DNA of 64,000 nucleotides, taken from contig JASTWF010000034.1 of the NCBI GenBank assembly GCA_030390025.1, positions 1,798,001-1,862,000 on the forward strand. The letters are read 5' to 3'. Both the position numbers and the translations under genes were made by a program. This DNA is from Squalus acanthias. Its lineage: Eukaryota. The notes beneath the pieces were generated by a model. The model was not told where the DNA came from. It did not search any database and saw only the letters and a list, made by a program, of their open reading frames with translations. This document shows positions 37,187 to 49,374 of this stretch, piece by piece. Numbering within the stretch: position 1 is the stretch's first letter; each line of letters starts with the position of its first letter.

Positions 37187-40166
37187 TATGGCAGGGGAAT
37201 GGGAACCTATGTAGCGAAACAGGGGGAAGTAATATGCAATCAGAAACAAATGTTAGAAGGGTGAGAAACAATAGGGGAAGGCCGAGTAAACAAAGGGAAG
37301 AAACACAAAGGGCCATACTAAATCATAAGTCTAAAAGGACAAAGGATGTGAATAACAGAAGCCTAAAGGCTCTGTGTCTTAATGCAAGGAGTATCCGTAA
37401 TAAGGTGGATGAATTGACTGTGCAAATAGATGTTAACGGATATGATGTGATTGGGATTACAGAGACGTGGCTCCAGAACAATCAAGGCTGGGAACTGAAC
37501 ATCCAGGGGTATTCAACATTCAGAAAGGATAGAAAAAAAGGAAAAGGGGGTGGGGTAGCATTGCTGGTTAAAGAGGAGATTAATGCAATAGCTAGGAAGG
37601 ACATCAGCTTGGAGGATGTGGAATCAATATGGGTTGAGCTGCAGAACACCAAAGGGCAGAGAACGTTAGTGGGAGTTGTGTACAGACCTCCAAACAGCAG
37701 TAGTGAGGTGGGGGAGGGTATGAAACAGGAAATCAGAGGTGCGTGCAAAAAAGGCACGGCAGTTATCATGGGTGACTTTAATATGCATATAGATTGGGCT
37801 ACTCAAACTGGAAGCAATACGGTGGAGGAGGATTTCCTGGAGTGTTTAAGGGATTGTTTCCTAAACCAATATGTTGAGGAACCAACTCGAGGGGAGGCCA
37901 TCCTGGACTGGGTGTTGTGTAATGAGGAAGGACTAATCAGCAATCTTGTGGTACGAGGCCCCCTGGGGAAGAGTGACCATAGTATGGTGGAGTTCTACAT
38001 TAGGATGGAGAAGGAAACAGTTAATTCAGAGACCATGGTCCAGAACTTAAATAAGGGCAACTTTGAGGGTATCAGGTGTGAATTGGCGAGGTTAAATTGG
38101 CAAGCGATATTTAAGGGGCTATCAGTGGAAGGGCAATGGCAGACATTTAGAGATCGCATGGATGAACTACAACAATTGTACATCCCGGTCTGGCGTAAAA
38201 ATAAAAAAGGGAAGGTGGCTCAACCATGGCTAACAAGGGAAATCAGGGATAGTATTAAAACCAAGGAAGTTGCATACAAATTGGCCAGAAGTAGCAGCAA
38301 ACCCGGGGACTGGGAGAACTTCAAAACTCAGCAGAGGAGGACGAAGGGTTTGATTAGGGCAGGGAAAATAAAATATGAAAGGAAGCTTGCAGAGAACATT
38401 AAAATGGACTGCAAAAGCTTCTATAAGTATGTAAAAAGAAAGAGGTTAGTAAAAACAAACGTAGGTCCCCTGCAGTCGGAAACAGGGGAAGTCGTAATGG
38501 GGAACAAGGAAATGGCGATCAATTGAACAAGTACTTTGGTTCGGTGTTTACTGTGGAGGACACACACAACCTGCCGGAAATAAAAGGGGTCAGAGGATCT
38601 GGTAAGAGGGAGGAGCTGAGGGAAATCCTTATTAGTCGGGAAAAGGTATTGGGGAAATTGATGGGACTGAAGGCTGAAAAATCCCCGGGGCCTGATGGTC
38701 TGCATCCCAGAGTACTTAAGGAGGTGGCCTTGGAAATAGTGGATGCATTGACGATCATTTTCCAACATTCCTTAGACTCTGGATCAGTTCCGATGGAGTG
38801 GAGGGTGGCCAATGTAACCCCTCTTTTTAAAAAAGGAGGGAGGGAGAAAGCAGGGAATTATAGACCGGTCAGCTTGACATCGGTCGTGGGTAAAATGATG
38901 GAAGCAATTATTAAAGATGTCATAACAGACCATTTGGTAAGTGGCGACATGATAGGTCCAAGTCAGCATGGATTTGTGAAAGGGAAATCATGCTTGACAA
39001 ATCTGGAATTTTTTGAGGATATTTCCAATAGGGTGGACAGGGGGGAACCAGTAGTTGTGGTGTATTTGGACTTTCAGAATGCCTTCGACAAGGTCCCACA
39101 CAAGAGATTGGTGTGCAAAGTTAAAGCACATGGGATTGGGGGTAATGTGTTGACGTGGATTGAGAACTGGTTGGCACACAGGAAACAAAGAGTAGGAGTA
39201 AATGGGTACTTTTCAGAATGGCAGGCAGTGACCAGCGGGGTACCGCAGGGTTCGGTGCTGGGACCCCAGCTGTTTACATTATATATTAATGATTTGGACG
39301 AAGGGATTAAAAGTAATATCTCCAAATTTGCGGATGACACTAAATTGGGAGGCAGTGTGAACAATGAGGAGGATGCTAGGAGGCTACAGAGTGACTTGGA
39401 CAGGTTGGGTGAATGGGCAAATGTATGGCAGATGAAGTACAATGTGGATAAATGTGAGGTTATCCACTTTGGTGGTAGAAATAGAGAGGCGGACTATTAC
39501 CTGAATGGTGGCAGATTTGGGAAAGGGGAGGTGCAACGAGACATGGGCGTCATGGTACATCAGTCACTGAAGGTGGGAATGCAAGTGCAGCAGGCAGTCA
39601 AGAAAGCAAACGGAATGATGGCCTTCATAGTAAGGGGATTTGAGTACAGGAGTAGGGAGGTGATGCTGCAGTTGTACAGGGCCTTGGTGAGGCCACACCT
39701 GGAGTATTGTGCGCAGTTTTGGTCTCCGAACTTAAGGAAGGACATTCTTGCTATTGAGGGAGTGCAGCGAAGGTTCACTAGATTGATTCCTGGGATGGCC
39801 GGACTGACATATCAAGAAAGATTGGGTCAACTGAACTTGTATCCTCTGGAGTTCAGAAGAATGAGGGGGGATCTTATAGAGACATTTAAAATCCTGACTG
39901 GTTTAGACAAATTAGATGCGGGTAGAATGTTCCCAATGTTAGGGAAAACTAGAACCAGGGGTCACAGTCTAAGGATTAAGGGGAAGCCATTTAAGACTGA
40001 GCTGAGGAGGAACTTCTTCACCCAGAGAGTGGTGAATCTATGGAATTCTCTTCCACAGAAGGTTGTTGAGGCCAGTTCGCTAAATATATTCAAAAGGGAG
40101 TTAGATATAATACTCACAACTAGGGGGATCAAGGGGTATGGCGAGAAAGCAGGAATGGCGTACTGA
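37177..40166 (+). pseudogene. CR1 ORF2 APE-RT with one frameshift
   Basis: ORFs 37234..38526 and 38523..40166; full motif set. Confidence 0.93.
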
Positions 40167-40410
40167 AGTAGCATGTTCAGCCATGAACGCATTGAATGGC
40201 GGTGCAGGTTCGAAGGACCGAATGGTCTACTCCTGTTTCTATGTTTCTATGTTTCTAAACGTTGACTCTTTTTCTCTCTCCACAGATGGTGCCTGACCTG
40301 CTGAGTATTTCCAGCATTTTCTGTTTTTACTTCAGATTTCCAGCATCCACAGTATTTTTCTTTTGTGCGCCTGCCTGGAATTATTTGATGGGACAGTATT
40401 AAGGGAGCTT

Positions 40411-41225
40411 TAAGAACATAAGAAATAGGAGCAGGAGTAGGCCTTTTGGCCCTTCGAGCCTGCTCCGCCATTCAATATGATCATGGCTGTTCTTCTAACT
40501 CATCTCCACTTTCCTGCAATATCCCCATATCCCTTGATTCCTTCAATATTCAACAATCTATCGATCTGTGTCTTGAATATACTCAATGACTGAGTCTCCA
40601 CAGCTCTCTGGGCTATAGAATTCCAAATATTCACCACCCTCTGAATGAAGAAATTTCTCCTCATCTCATTCCTAAATGGCCGACCCCTTATTCTGAGACT
40701 GTGACCCCTGGTTCTAGACTCCCAGACCAGGGGAAACATCCTCCCTGCATCTAACCAGTCAAGCATAGTAAGCATTTTGTATGTTTCAATTAGATCACAC
40801 CTCATTCTTCTAAACTCTAGAGAATATAGGCTTCGTCTACTCAATCTCTCCTCATAGGACAATCCCCCCATCCCAGGAACCAGTCTGGTGAACTTTCCTT
40901 GCACAAGTATACCCTTCCTTAGTTAAGGAGACCAACACTGTACACAGTACTCCAGGTGTATACCTCACCAGGGCCCTATATAATTGCAATAAGACTTATT
41001 TACTTTTATACTCAAATCCTCTTGTAATGACGGCCAACATACCATTTGCTTTCCTAATTGCTTGCTGCACCTGCAGGTTAAAGTTCTGTGATTCGTGTAC
41101 AAGGACACCCAGGTCCCTCTGAATACCAACATTTCCCAATCTCTCACCATTTAAAACATACTCTTGTAGGAAAAATAGAAAAGCAAAGTGGATAACTTCA
41201 CATTTCTCAGCATTATATTCCATCC
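40411..41225 (-). mobile_element. CR1 3' fragment
   Basis: ORFs 40500..40904 and 40996..41229 are RT C-terminal. Confidence 0.9.
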
Positions 41226-42289
41226 ACATATTACGTCCACGTAAGTTATTAGATTAATCACAATGCAACCAGACAACAAATATGAAATGTTGTAGTTCTT
41301 TAATTCGCAGTATTAAAAAGCACTGAACAAAACGGGTATCCGTATTTTCAACTTCAATAACATCCATGAATAAACGTGGTCTTCTTGAACCAGCACACCA
41401 CCCATGTAACAGGTCAGATATGCAGCACTTATTCTCAAGTGTAGAAAAACACATACACAATTTGTGTCACTGAATTATAAACAAAAAGCAGGAAAAACTG
41501 TGATTTAACAGAAATAAACAGCTGTCTTTCTTTCTGGACAGGAGAACCAGTCAGACTGACTCGGAAATCTTTACTCATATGTTGATGTAAAGATTTATAA
41601 TTTACCAATTTCGCTCAGTGTTTTTCGCTCAAACATTCTCCACAATATTATTCCTGGTCTTATGAAGAAAAATGTTGAATTATTTTAGGTACTTCACAAT
41701 TAAAGGCGGGAAATAAACTTCATTGTACTCACAATTTTTAATCTCCCGTATCAAACATTCAATCGAATTGTACGTCATCAGTTTAATCAAAGTATTTTCT
41801 GTGTCTTTCTGAATAAACAAAGTGTTTTTTCTATATGTCTTAATGGTAAATATTTTTTTAAATAAATGTAAAAGTAATATACAACTCCTACAAATCCTCC
41901 CCTGCCCCCCCCCCCTCCTCAGCACCATGGTTGCATGTCTGTGTAAAGCTAATCGCTTCACTTGATCGCTCACAATCAAAAATTGAGTAATTTCAATTTT
42001 AAAACATTTTAAGCAGTTCAGAACCTCATTAAAAACGTTTGGACTTCAAGACCTGATTGAAACTTGCTTAGATGAGGAGGAAATTGATTTTTGCTTCTGT
42101 TTCTTCCAAAATCATATTCTCCAAGATTCCATTTCCCCCTTCAATGCTGTCGTTAAACATACAACAACAAAAAATAAAATAAAGTCTAATTCCAAACGGA
42201 GCTCAAATCAAAAAGTGAATAACATGGTTAAACTTGTGAAGAAGGCGGCGAGGTTATCTCTCCCCAGCCCTGGCGATGAGTTGGGATCA

Positions 42290-44315
42290 GTGCTGTACTT
42301 GCCCTGGGAGCATTTGATTGGGACAGTGCAGAGAACTTTAATCTTTATATAACCCGTGCTGTTATTGCCCTGGGAATGTTTGATGGCACAGTCCAGACGG
42401 AGCTTTACTTTGCATCCCGGGTGTTTGGGTATTGGAAACCTCCGCCCGCTCCAGCTCACTGTGCGGCCTGTGAATGTAAGTGCGCAGGATCTTACAGATC
42501 GCCGCGCGGCCAAGAACCTTCCAGGGAACATTGCTCAGCAGGTCAGGCAGCATCTGTGGAGAGAGAAACAGAGTCAATGTTTCAGCTCGATGACCTTTCA
42601 TCAGAACTGGAAATGTTACAGATGTAACAGATTTTAAGCATGCATAGAGGCAGGGAAAGGGGGGATGGGAGGAAAGAACAAAAGGGAAGGTCTGTGCTGT
42701 ACCTGCCCTGGGTGTATTTGATGGGATTGGGTAGCAGGAGCTTTACTAGTGCTGTATTTGCCTTGGGAGAATTTTATGGCACAGTGTAGAGGGAGATTTA
42801 CCCTTTACCTAACAAGTGCTGCACCTGCTGTGGAAATGTTTGATGAGGCAGTGTACCTGTATCTAACCCATGCTGTACCTGCTCTTGGAGTATTTGATGG
42901 GGCAGTGTAGAAGGAATTTTAATCTATTACATTACATAGTATTTACAGCACAGAAACAGACCATTCGGCCAAACAGGTCCATGCCGGTGGTTCTGTTCCA
43001 CACGAGCCTCCTCCCACCCTACTTCATCGCACATCCTTCTATTCCTCTCTCCCTCATGTACTTATCCAGCTTCCCCTAAAATGCATTGATGTTATTCGCC
43101 TCAACTACTCCATGTGGCAGCGAGTTCCACATTCTCAACACTCGCTGGGTAAAGATGTTTCTCCTGAATTATTTGTTGGATTTATTACTGACTATCTTAT
43201 ATTGATGGCCATTAAATAATTACAGTCCTGTACCTCCCTGGGAGTGTTTGATGGGACAGTGTAGAGGGAGCTTTAATCTGTATCCAACCCGTGCTGTACC
43301 TGCCCTTGGAGTGTTTGATGGGACAGTGTGAAGAACATAAGAACATAAGAAATAGGAGCAGGAGTAGGCCAATTGGCCCCTCGAGCCTGCTCCGCCATTC
43401 AATAAGATCATGGCTGATCTGATCCTAACCGCAAATCTATTATCACAGAACCATCTCCTGAACCTAACAGAATTGGACACACGAAATAGCAGCAGGATCA
43501 GGCTACACGGCCCCTGGGCCCGCTACGCTACCCACAGGGCCATGACCGATCCGAACCTAGACTCATGTCCAAATTCCTGCCCGCTCCCCGTAACCCTTAA
43601 TCCCCTTTACTTCTAGGAAACTGTCTATTTCCGTTTTAAATTTATGTAATGATGTAGCTTCTACAGCATTTTGGGGCGGCATATTCCATGGACCTACCAA
43701 CCTCTGAGTGAAGTAGTTCCTTCTCATCTCAGTTTTGAAAGAACAGCCCCTTATTCTAAGACTATGCCCCCTAGTTCTAATTTCACCCATCATCGGCAAC
43801 ATCCTCCCCGCATCCGCCAGATCCAACCCCTTCACAATCGTATGTGTCTCAATAAGATCGCCTCTCATTCTTCTGAACTCCAATGAGTAGAGTCCCAATC
43901 TACCCAACCTCTCCTCATATGTCCATCCCCTCATCCCCGGGATTAACCGAGTGAACCTTCTTTGGACTGACTCGAGAGCAAGAATGTCTTTTCTTAAGTA
44001 TTTAGAGGGAGCTTTACTTTGTATCTAACCTGTGCTCTACCTACCCTGGGAGTGTTTGATGAGACAGTGTAGAGGGAGCTTTACTCTTTATCTAACCGAT
44101 GCTGTACCTGCCCTGGGAGTGTTTGATGGGAGAGTGTAGAGGGAGCTTTACTCTGTATCTAACCCGTGCTGTACCTGCCCTGGGAGTATTTGATGGGACA
44201 GTGTAGCGGGAGCTTCACTCTTTATCCAATCCCTGTTCTAGCTGTCCTGGGAACGTTTGATGGGGCCAGTTAAAGACAGCTGTACTCTGTTTCTAACCCG
44301 TATTTTACCTACCTG
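42290..44315. repeat. Interrupted ~67-69-bp tandem repeat (CTGTACCTGCCCTGGGAGTGTTTGATGGGACAGTGTAGAGGGAGCTTTACTCTGTATCTAACCCGTG) with CR1 and Penelope inserts
   Basis: Units at 42290-42420, 42695-42925, 43225-43330, 44003-44315; minus-strand CR1 tails at 42930-43210 and 43331-44000. Confidence 0.85.
42532..42695 (-). mobile_element. Penelope repeat fragment with degenerate hammerhead (42572-42608)
   Basis: Homologous to 5995-6155; reverse complement CTGATGA..GAAACATTGACT. Confidence 0.75.
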
Positions 44316-44542
44316 TGATTGCAACCCACACCACCAGTGGCTTTTAAGCCCCCGGGCTGTCACCCGCCCTGCCGTTTATCCCCCCATCTGTATTTCTAAA
44401 TCCGCGATCCCCTTGAACTGCCCGTTTTTATCCCCCCCCCCTGTTAATTCATCCCCTCCGCTGTTTCTAATCACCAAGTTTATCTCCATCACCCCTGTAA
44501 AATATCCGCCATATACGACGCCCTGTGTAATGCCCCTGTGCA

Positions 44543-44842
44543 TAGCATAGAAGCACAGAAGATAGGAGCAGGAGTAGGCCATTCGGCCCCTCGAGCCTGC
44601 TCCGCCATTTAATGAGATCATGGCTGATCATCCAAATTCAGTACCCTGTCCCTGCCTTCTCCCCATATCCCTTGATCCCTTTAGCCTTAAGAAACATATC
44701 TAACTCCTTCTTGAATATATTTAATGAAATGGCCTCAACTGCCTTCTGTGGTAGAGAATTCCACAGGTTCACCACTCTCTGGCTGAAGAAATTGCTCCTC
44801 ATCTCAGTCCTAATTTGCTTACCACTTATCCTTAGACTGTGA
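44543..44842 (-). mobile_element. CR1 3' end
   Basis: Reverse complement of the 11670-11950-type sequence. Confidence 0.9.
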
Positions 44843-44879
44843 TACTCTCTTCCACATAATAACTGTGTATAATAGACCC

Positions 44880-46030
44880 GCGAAATCCCCTATAAATTAT
44901 ACCGTGACAACCCCTATGAACTATACCTTTGACTCCCCCTGTATACTGTACCCCTATGACACTCCCCTGTATACTGTACCCCTGTGACACTCCCCTGTAT
45001 ACTATACCCGTGACACTCCCCTATATATTATACCCATGACACTACATTTACTATACCCCTGTGACACTCCCCTGTATACTATACCCGTGACACTCCCCTG
45101 TATATTATACCCATGACACTACATTTACTATACCCCTGTGACATTCCCTGTATACTATACCCGTGACACCCCCCGTATATTATACCCCAGCGGCACTCCC
45201 CCGTATACTATTCCCCTCTGACACCACCTCTATACTATACCTGTGACACCGCCAGTATACTATAACCTTTACAATCCCCTGTATACTATAGCCCTGTGAC
45301 ACTCCCCTGTATACTATACGTGTGACACCCCCTGTACACTGTACCCGTGACACACCCCTGTATATTGTACCCGTGAAACTTCCCCTTAATACTATACCCG
45401 TGACAACTCCTGTATACTATTCCCCTGTAACACCCATCCCCTGTATACTATACCCCTCTGACACCAACCATGTATACTATACCTGTGACACCCCTGTATA
45501 CTATACCCGTGAGACTCCCCCTTAATATTTTACACGTGACAACCCCTGTATACTATTCCCCTGTAAAACCCCTGTATACTATAGCCCTGTGACACCCCCT
45601 GTACAATATACCAGTAACATCCCCTGTATACTATACCAGTGACACACCCTCTGTGTACAATACCCCTGTTACACAACCCCTGTATACCATAGCCCTTTGA
45701 CACCACGCACGTATACTATAAACCTGTGACACCCCCTGAACACTATACCCGTGACGCTTCCCCTGTATCCTACCCGTGACACGGCACTGTATACTATACC
45801 AATGTGACACTCCCCCTTTATACTACACCCCTGTGAAAGCCCCCTGTATACTATACCCCTGTGACACCCCCTGTATAATATACCCGTGACACCCACCCCT
45901 GCTTATTACACCCCTGTGAAAGGCCCCTGTATACTATACCCCTGTGACACCCCCTGTGTACTATACCCGTGACAATCCCCTGTATAGTATACCCACGTGA
46001 TAACCCCTGTAAACTATACCCCTGTGACAC
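44880..46030. repeat. ~26-30-bp satellite (CCCCTGTATACTATACCCGTGACAC)n
   Basis: Direct tandem units. Confidence 0.93.
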
Positions 46031-46500
46031 AGGAAGTTCAAAAGCAACGGGAGCAGAGCGAGTGCGCAAAAACCGGGGAGAGTTCAAAGGCAGCGGGTGC
46101 AGAGCGATTGCGCCAAAACCCTGTAGAGTTCAAATGCAGCGGGAGCAGCGCTAAAACCTGGGAGAGTTCAAAAGCAGCGGGAGCAGAGCGATAGCGCCAA
46201 AACCCGGGAGAGTTCAAAAGCTGCGGGAGCAGAGCGAGAGCGCCAAAACCCGGGAGAGTTGAAAAGCAGCTAGAGCAGAGCGAGAGCGCCAAAACCCGGG
46301 AGAGTTCAAAAGCAGCGGGAGGAGAGCGAGAGCGTCAAAACCCGGGAGAGTTCAAAAACAGCGGGAGGAGAGTGAGAGCGCCAAAACCCGGGAGAGTTCA
46401 AATGCAGCGGGAACAGGGCGAGAGCGCCAAAACCTGGGAGAGTTCAAAACCCGGGAACAGGGCGAGAGCGCCAAAACCCGGGAGAGTTCAAAACCCGGGA
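46031..46500. repeat. 46-bp CpG-rich tandem array (~10 units)
   Basis: GGGAGAGTTCAAAAGCAGCGGGAGCAGAGCGAGAGCGCCAAAACCC. Confidence 0.93.
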
Positions 46501-47143
46501 CACGCTGAGATACAATGGACCGGTGAGTGCAAAGAAGTAAAAGGTAATCGAAGTGTGACGTCACCAGAAAGCAGTTAAGTGATTGGTTGGTGAGTATTTC
46601 TCTATTTCTCGCTTTTTTACAAACTTGAGCGTCTAAATGGGCCTACTCCTGATCTTATTTATTATTTTATTCAGAACGTTGCAATTATTTGTAAAAATTG
46701 ACATAAAGCATAGAGGGGAAACAAGAGCTACAGTTATTTAAATTTGACTTGATAAATAATACAGAAGTGCATAAAGTTAGTTAATTGTTAAATTGGGTAT
46801 AATAAACAATACACAGTGTGAAACTGTCACAGTTAATTGTGTAATTGTATATGATAACCAATACAGAGGGTAAAACTGTTGGTTATCATACCTAATTTAA
46901 CAATTAACTGACAGTTTTACCCTGTGTATTGGTTATCATATCCAAATTAACAATAAACCAATACACAGGGTAAAACTGTCAGTTACTTGTTAATTTGGGT
47001 ATGATAACCAATACACAGGGAAAAACTGTCACAGTTAATTGTTAAATTGGGTATGATAACCAATACACAGGGGAAAACTGTCAGTTACTTGTTAAATTGG
47101 GTATGATAACCAATACACAGGGTAAAACTGTCAGTTAATTGTA

Positions 47144-48158
47144 ACATTAAGAGACATTAAGAGATATGCAAGGCTAGAGGTGGTGTTAATGTGACAGATT
47201 AAGGCTGAAAGAAGTGTGAAATCCACTGGCAGAATGAAGGACAGCTGCCAGCTTCTAGGAGGAAAAAAAAAGGTGGGGGGGGGGGCAAATAAAAGGGTGG
47301 AAAAAATAAAATATAAATGTGATTGGAGCTGAGGTTATGATCTAAAATTGTTGAACTCGATATTGAGTCCAGAGGGCTGTAGCGTGCCTAAACGAAAGAT
47401 GAGGTGCTGTTCCTCGAGCTTACGCTGCGCTTCCGTGGAACAGTGTAATAGGCCGAGGACGGTGAGGTCAGAGTGGTCTCCTCTACATTGGGGAGACCAA
47501 ACGCAGATTGGGTGACCGCTTTGCGGAACACCTCCGTTCAGTCCGTAAGGGGGACCCCGAGCTCCCGGTGGCCTGTCACTTTAATTCACCGCTTCACTCC
47601 CACTCTGACCTCACCGTCCTCGGCCTATTACACTGTTCCACGGAAGCGCAGCGTAAGCTCGAGGAACAGCACCTCATCTTTCGTTTAGGCACGCAACAGC
47701 CCTCTGGACTCAATATCGAGTTCAACAATTTTAGATCATAACCTCAGCTCCAATCACATTTATATTTTATTTTTTCCACCCTTTTATTTGCCCCCCCCCC
47801 ACCTTTTTTTTTTCCTCCTAGAAGCTGGCAGCTGTCCTTCATTCTGCCAGTGGATTTCACACTTCTTTCAGCCTTAATCTGTCACATTAACACCACCTCT
47901 AGCCTTGCATATCTCTTAATGTCTCTTAATGTCTCTTCATCTCCCCCTTTGTTCTTTTATCCCCTCCCCCTTTTCCCAGCTTTACTCTGGCCTTAAATCT
48001 ATTTGATTTCCGGCTCTTCACAGTTCTGATGAAAGGTCATCGACCTGAAACGTTAACTCTCTTTCTCTCTCCACGGATGCTGCCTGGCCTGCTGAGTTTT
48101 TCCAGCGTTTTCTGTTGTTATTTCAGATTTCCAGCATCCGCAGTATTTTGCTATCGTA
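47144..48158 (+). mobile_element. Penelope-like element: GIY-YIG endonuclease C-terminus, terminal repeat and inverted 5' duplication
   Basis: LYIGETKRRLGDRFAEHLRSV..HFN..RKLEEQHLIFRLGTQQPSGLN (47480-47741); 47144-47476 is the reverse complement of 47600-47932. Confidence 0.92.
48022..48058 (+). ncRNA. Minimal type I hammerhead ribozyme
   Basis: AGTT-CTGATGA-A-AGGTC(atc)GACCT-GAAA-CG-TT-AACT. Confidence 0.75.
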
Positions 48159-48857
48159 CCAGTTAATTGTTAAATTGGGTATGATAACCAATACACAGGG
48201 TAAAACTGTCAGTTAATTGTTAAATTGGGTCGAATAACCAATGCACAGGGTGAAACTGTCACAGTTAATTGCTAAATTGTGTATGATAACCAATACACAG
48301 GGTAGAACTGTCACAGTTAATTGTTAAATTGTGTATGATAACCAATACACAGGGTAAAACTGTCACAGTTAATTGTTAAATTGGGTATGATAACCAATAC
48401 ACTTGTTAAAACTGTCACAGTAAATTGTTAAATTGGGTATGATAACCAATACACAGGGTATAATTGTCACAGTTAATTGTTAAATTGGGTGTGATAACCA
48501 ATACACAGGGTAAAACTGTCACAGTTAATTGTTAAATTGGGTATGATAACCAATACACTTGTTAAAACTATCACAGTTAAGTGTTAAATTGGGTATGATA
48601 ACCAATACACAGAGTAAAACTGTCACAGTTAATTGTTAAATTGGGTATGATAACCAATACACTTGTTAAAACTGTCACAGTAAATTGTTAAATTGGGTAT
48701 GATAACCAATACACGGCGTAAAACTCACAGTAAATTGTTAAGTTGGGTATGATAACCAATACACAGGGTAAAACTGCCGCAGCTAATTGTTAAATTGGGT
48801 ATGATCACCAATAAACAAGAGAGTAAAGTTAATTCTTAAATTGGAAATAAGCAAAAC

Positions 48858-49122
48858 ACAACAACAACTTATATTTATATAGCGCCTTTAACGTAGTAAA
48901 ACATCCCAAGGCGCTTCACAGGAGTGCTATCAAACAACATTTGACATCGAGCCACATAAGGAGATATTTGGGCAGATAGCCAAAAGCTTGGTGAAAGAGG
49001 TAATTTTTAAGGAGCGTCTTGATTGAGGAGAGAGAGGCAGAGAGGTTTACGGACAGAATTCCAGAGCTTAGGGCCCAGGCAGCTGAAGGCATGGCCACCA
49101 ATGGTGGAGCGATTAAAATCAG
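48858..49122 (-). mobile_element. L2 LINE 3' end
   Basis: CAACAAC tail, TTTATATAGCGCCTTT; ORF 48916..49242 includes SIKTLLKNYLF. Confidence 0.7.
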
Positions 49123-49374
49123 GGATACATTGAGAGGGACATTGAGAGAGACATTGACTGAAACATAGAGCGAGACATTGGGAGGGTCATTGAGTGGGCC
49201 ATAGAGAGAGTCAGACAGACAGAAAGAGAGAAATATAAACAAAGAGAGGGGGCAGATTGAGAGATAGAAATAGAGAGACAGAAAGTAAGGGGGAGAGCCA
49301 CAGACAGCCAGAGAGAGACAGACAGGATGAGAGAGGCAGAGGGAAGAGAAAGACAGGGATAGATATTGAGAGTT

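Larger units (their letters stand above)
36130..40257 (+). mobile_element. Near full-length CR1 LINE family C/D, copy D
   Basis: ORF1 36242..37186 intact; ORF2 37234..40166 with a single 1-bp deletion near 38517; (TTTCTATG)n tail. Confidence 0.95.
46775..48815. repeat. 50-52-bp AT-rich satellite interrupted by a Penelope element
   Basis: GTTAATTGTTAAATTGGGTATGATAACCAATACACAGGGTAAAACTGTCACA units. Confidence 0.95.

Noticed and set aside
22372..40257. Tandem duplication of satellite + CR1 (C and D)
   Set aside because: C and D have different 5' ends and flanks, and the satellite is one array split by insertions, so these are independent insertions.
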